Source of the DNA: a virus
Lineage: Duplodnaviria > Caudoviricetes
DNA: 38,910 nt
Direction: 5' to 3' (one strand)
IMG/VR virus record: IMGVR_UViG_3300044844_000082
Coordinates: 1-38,910 of that record
In this document: positions 37,143 through 38,910 of the stretch, piece after piece
Layout: each line of letters starts with the position of its first letter
How positions within the stretch are numbered: the stretch's first letter is position 1
The notes under the pieces: generated by a model
Database searches by the model: none
Told to the model about the DNA's origin: nothing
Seen by the model: the letters and a program-made list of their open reading frames with translations, nothing else
Program-made: the position numbers and the translations under genes

Positions 37143-38910
37143 TTACTTTATTGTTTCTATAATTTCTATATTAACATCTACTGGATCGATCAAAAGCACA
37201 ACATTCTTTGATGCAATAATATCTTTATTCTTAGTAGTCAAAGACAATTCTATATACCCATCATAATCTGCAGTCTTAAGATTTGATATTGTTACCATAC
37301 CAGTGTTATAATCGATAGTTCCTATATCAGCTTTAAGAACTGTTCTTACGCCTTTCAAATAAGTATAAACAATAACATTTCCAACAGCGTCATCTTCCAA
37401 ATAGCAATTAGGATAGATATTATCATCTTCGTCTACGTATGAGAACGATGTGCTTCCTAAAACTCTTTCGTCAGGATAAGCGACACCATTATAATATCCT
37501 TCTTGTTCGGCGCCATTATTAAATCTTATATCAAAAGAAGTAGCAAATAGTAATTTAGGAGTTAATCTTTTAACGATTTTAACACGTGTATCGTTACTAG
37601 TTATACTTTGATCTAACGAATCAATATGAGTAACGAATCTACTATATCTAAAATCATTGCCAAATTTTTCCAAATGATCTTTACTGAAATTTATTATTCC
37701 ATCTAGAATCATACTCTTAATTTCAGTAGAATATTTTGTTGTTAGTTTAGAATTAAACTGAACAGTTGTAGTAACATCAATATAGAAATATTCAGGATCT
37801 GTAACTATAATTCTATTTGGTAATGCTATGTAATCTTGCAAATAATTGATAATATCATTTTTCAATAAAGATGAAGCAGTTATTGATGCAGTTGGTTTAA
37901 TAGATACAATAACTCTTCCATATAGTTTTGGTTCTAAATCTTGACCGCCGTAAATAATAACGTCATCTACCGCACCACCAAACTCAGCACGTACTAATGA
38001 ATAATAGTCATCTACAGAAACTGCTCTTTGTTGTGTAGCATAATATCTTGGAGCATTAAATCTTATATTCTCAATGCTTTCTTGATTTGCACCTTGTATA
38101 GAACTAGTAATAACTGTAATATCTGAAGCAGTGGCCTCGCCGCCATTACCTGGTCCAATGTTATCAGATAATACGAAATTTTCTACGCCATTACCGTCTG
38201 AACCATTTGTTACAATGTAATCAACGTTGATAGAAGCACCATTAATAGGTTTCTTACCAAATAAACCATCGCCAAACTTTATTTCATATTTCCCGCCTTC
38301 AACAGCTTGAATAAAGTAAACTGTAGAAATGTCGTTCAAACCAAAAAGCGTAGAAGCGTAAGTATATTCTGTATTAGAACCATTTTCAGCAACATAAACT
38401 GTTAAACTTGATGTATCAACATTTTCATTAGATAATGTGAATTTTTGATTTTCTATATCATAATCTACAACAAAAGAATCTGAGAAATATGTTCCTTCGT
38501 TTACTTGGATGTTATCAACCAAATATGTGTTATTCGAAGAAACAAATGTCTGTGAAAGATCGGTAACAAAGGTATATGATCCATTGGAATTATAACCAGT
38601 AAATCTAGTGCCTTTTGGTAGAGTTAATTTGTTTGATGTTAGACCAGTGGTTTCTACAGTGAATGTAATATTAGCAACAGCGCAATGTGCGCTTCTTGGA
38701 ATATAGTTCAATTCTTTGGCGTGTGAAATAACAGAATCGATTTTCTGAGCGGAGTCCAAAAACATCTCAGATGCAACCATATTCAAATAGAATGAATTCA
38801 AAAATGAATTATATGACATAACATCAAGTAGAACGTTGATGTTTGAGCCGTCAAAATTATAATCTTTGAATGCTGATTGTGTCTTAAGGAATTCTTTAAA
38901 ATTACTCTTA
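37143..38910 (-). CDS. gp6: Baseplate wedge subunit, T4 gp6-like (5' end beyond the window)
   Basis: The frame is open to the window edge (KSNFKEFLKTQSAFKDYNFDGSNINVLLDVMSYN). EMFLDSA, FGDGLFGK, ESIENIRFNAP...QQRAV..DDY and GTIDY.TG motifs are present. Confidence 0.95.
   Translation of the reverse strand, partial: KSNFKEFLKTQSAFKDYNFDGSNINVLLDVMSYNSFLNSFYLNMVASEMFLDSAQKIDSVISHAKELNYIPRSAHCAVANITFTVETTGLTSNKLTLPKGTRFTGYNSNGSYTFVTDLSQTFVSSNNTYLVDNIQVNEGTYFSDSFVVDYDIENQKFTLSNENVDTSSLTVYVAENGSNTEYTYASTLFGLNDISTVYFIQAVEGGKYEIKFGDGLFGKKPINGASINVDYIVTNGSDGNGVENFVLSDNIGPGNGGEATASDITVITSSIQGANQESIENIRFNAPRYYATQQRAVSVDDYYSLVRAEFGGAVDDVIIYGGQDLEPKLYGRVIVSIKPTASITASSLLKNDIINYLQDYIALPNRIIVTDPEYFYIDVTTTVQFNSKLTTKYSTEIKSMILDGIINFSKDHLEKFGNDFRYSRFVTHIDSLDQSITSNDTRVKIVKRLTPKLLFATSFDIRFNNGAEQEGYYNGVAYPDERVLGSTSFSYVDEDDNIYPNCYLEDDAVGNVIVYTYLKGVRTVLKADIGTIDYNTGMVTISNLKTADYDGYIELSLTTKNKDIIASKNVVLLIDPVDVNIEIIETIK

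Noticed and set aside
1-38910. tRNA or rRNA genes and intrinsic terminators
   Set aside because: Intergenic gaps are very short, and I saw no cloverleaf or GC stem followed by a U-tract.

Overview
This window is the virion-structure region of a T4-like (myovirus) phage. Almost everything is on the minus strand. In transcription order it holds baseplate wedge gp6 (5' end cut off by the window), gp7, a short protein with a gp9/gp10-type N-terminus, gp8, and a DUF4815/VrlC-like virion protein split into two genes. An ~18 kb array of six large tail-fibre genes follows, interleaved with small adaptor or chaperone genes and ending in a gp37/gp38-like pair (S74 chaperone fibre plus Gly-rich adhesin). 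After that come three accessory genes (one on the plus strand), neck gp13, a GIY-YIG/NUMOD3 homing endonuclease, gp14, gp15, gp16 and gp17 (3' end cut off). T4-type late promoters (TATAAATA) are present. The most notable observations are: (1) the fibre array looks like a branched, multi-receptor fibre built from matching plug-and-socket modules; (2) N-X-S/T sequons are very dense in the virion proteins; (3) gp14 apparently starts at ATT because the homing endonuclease took the gp13-coupled ATG; (4) the DUF4815 gene has undergone a clean fission with its own promoter and RBS; (5) small RNA hairpins or motifs sit in front of specific fibre-module genes. All family assignments come from motif recognition by eye, not database searches.
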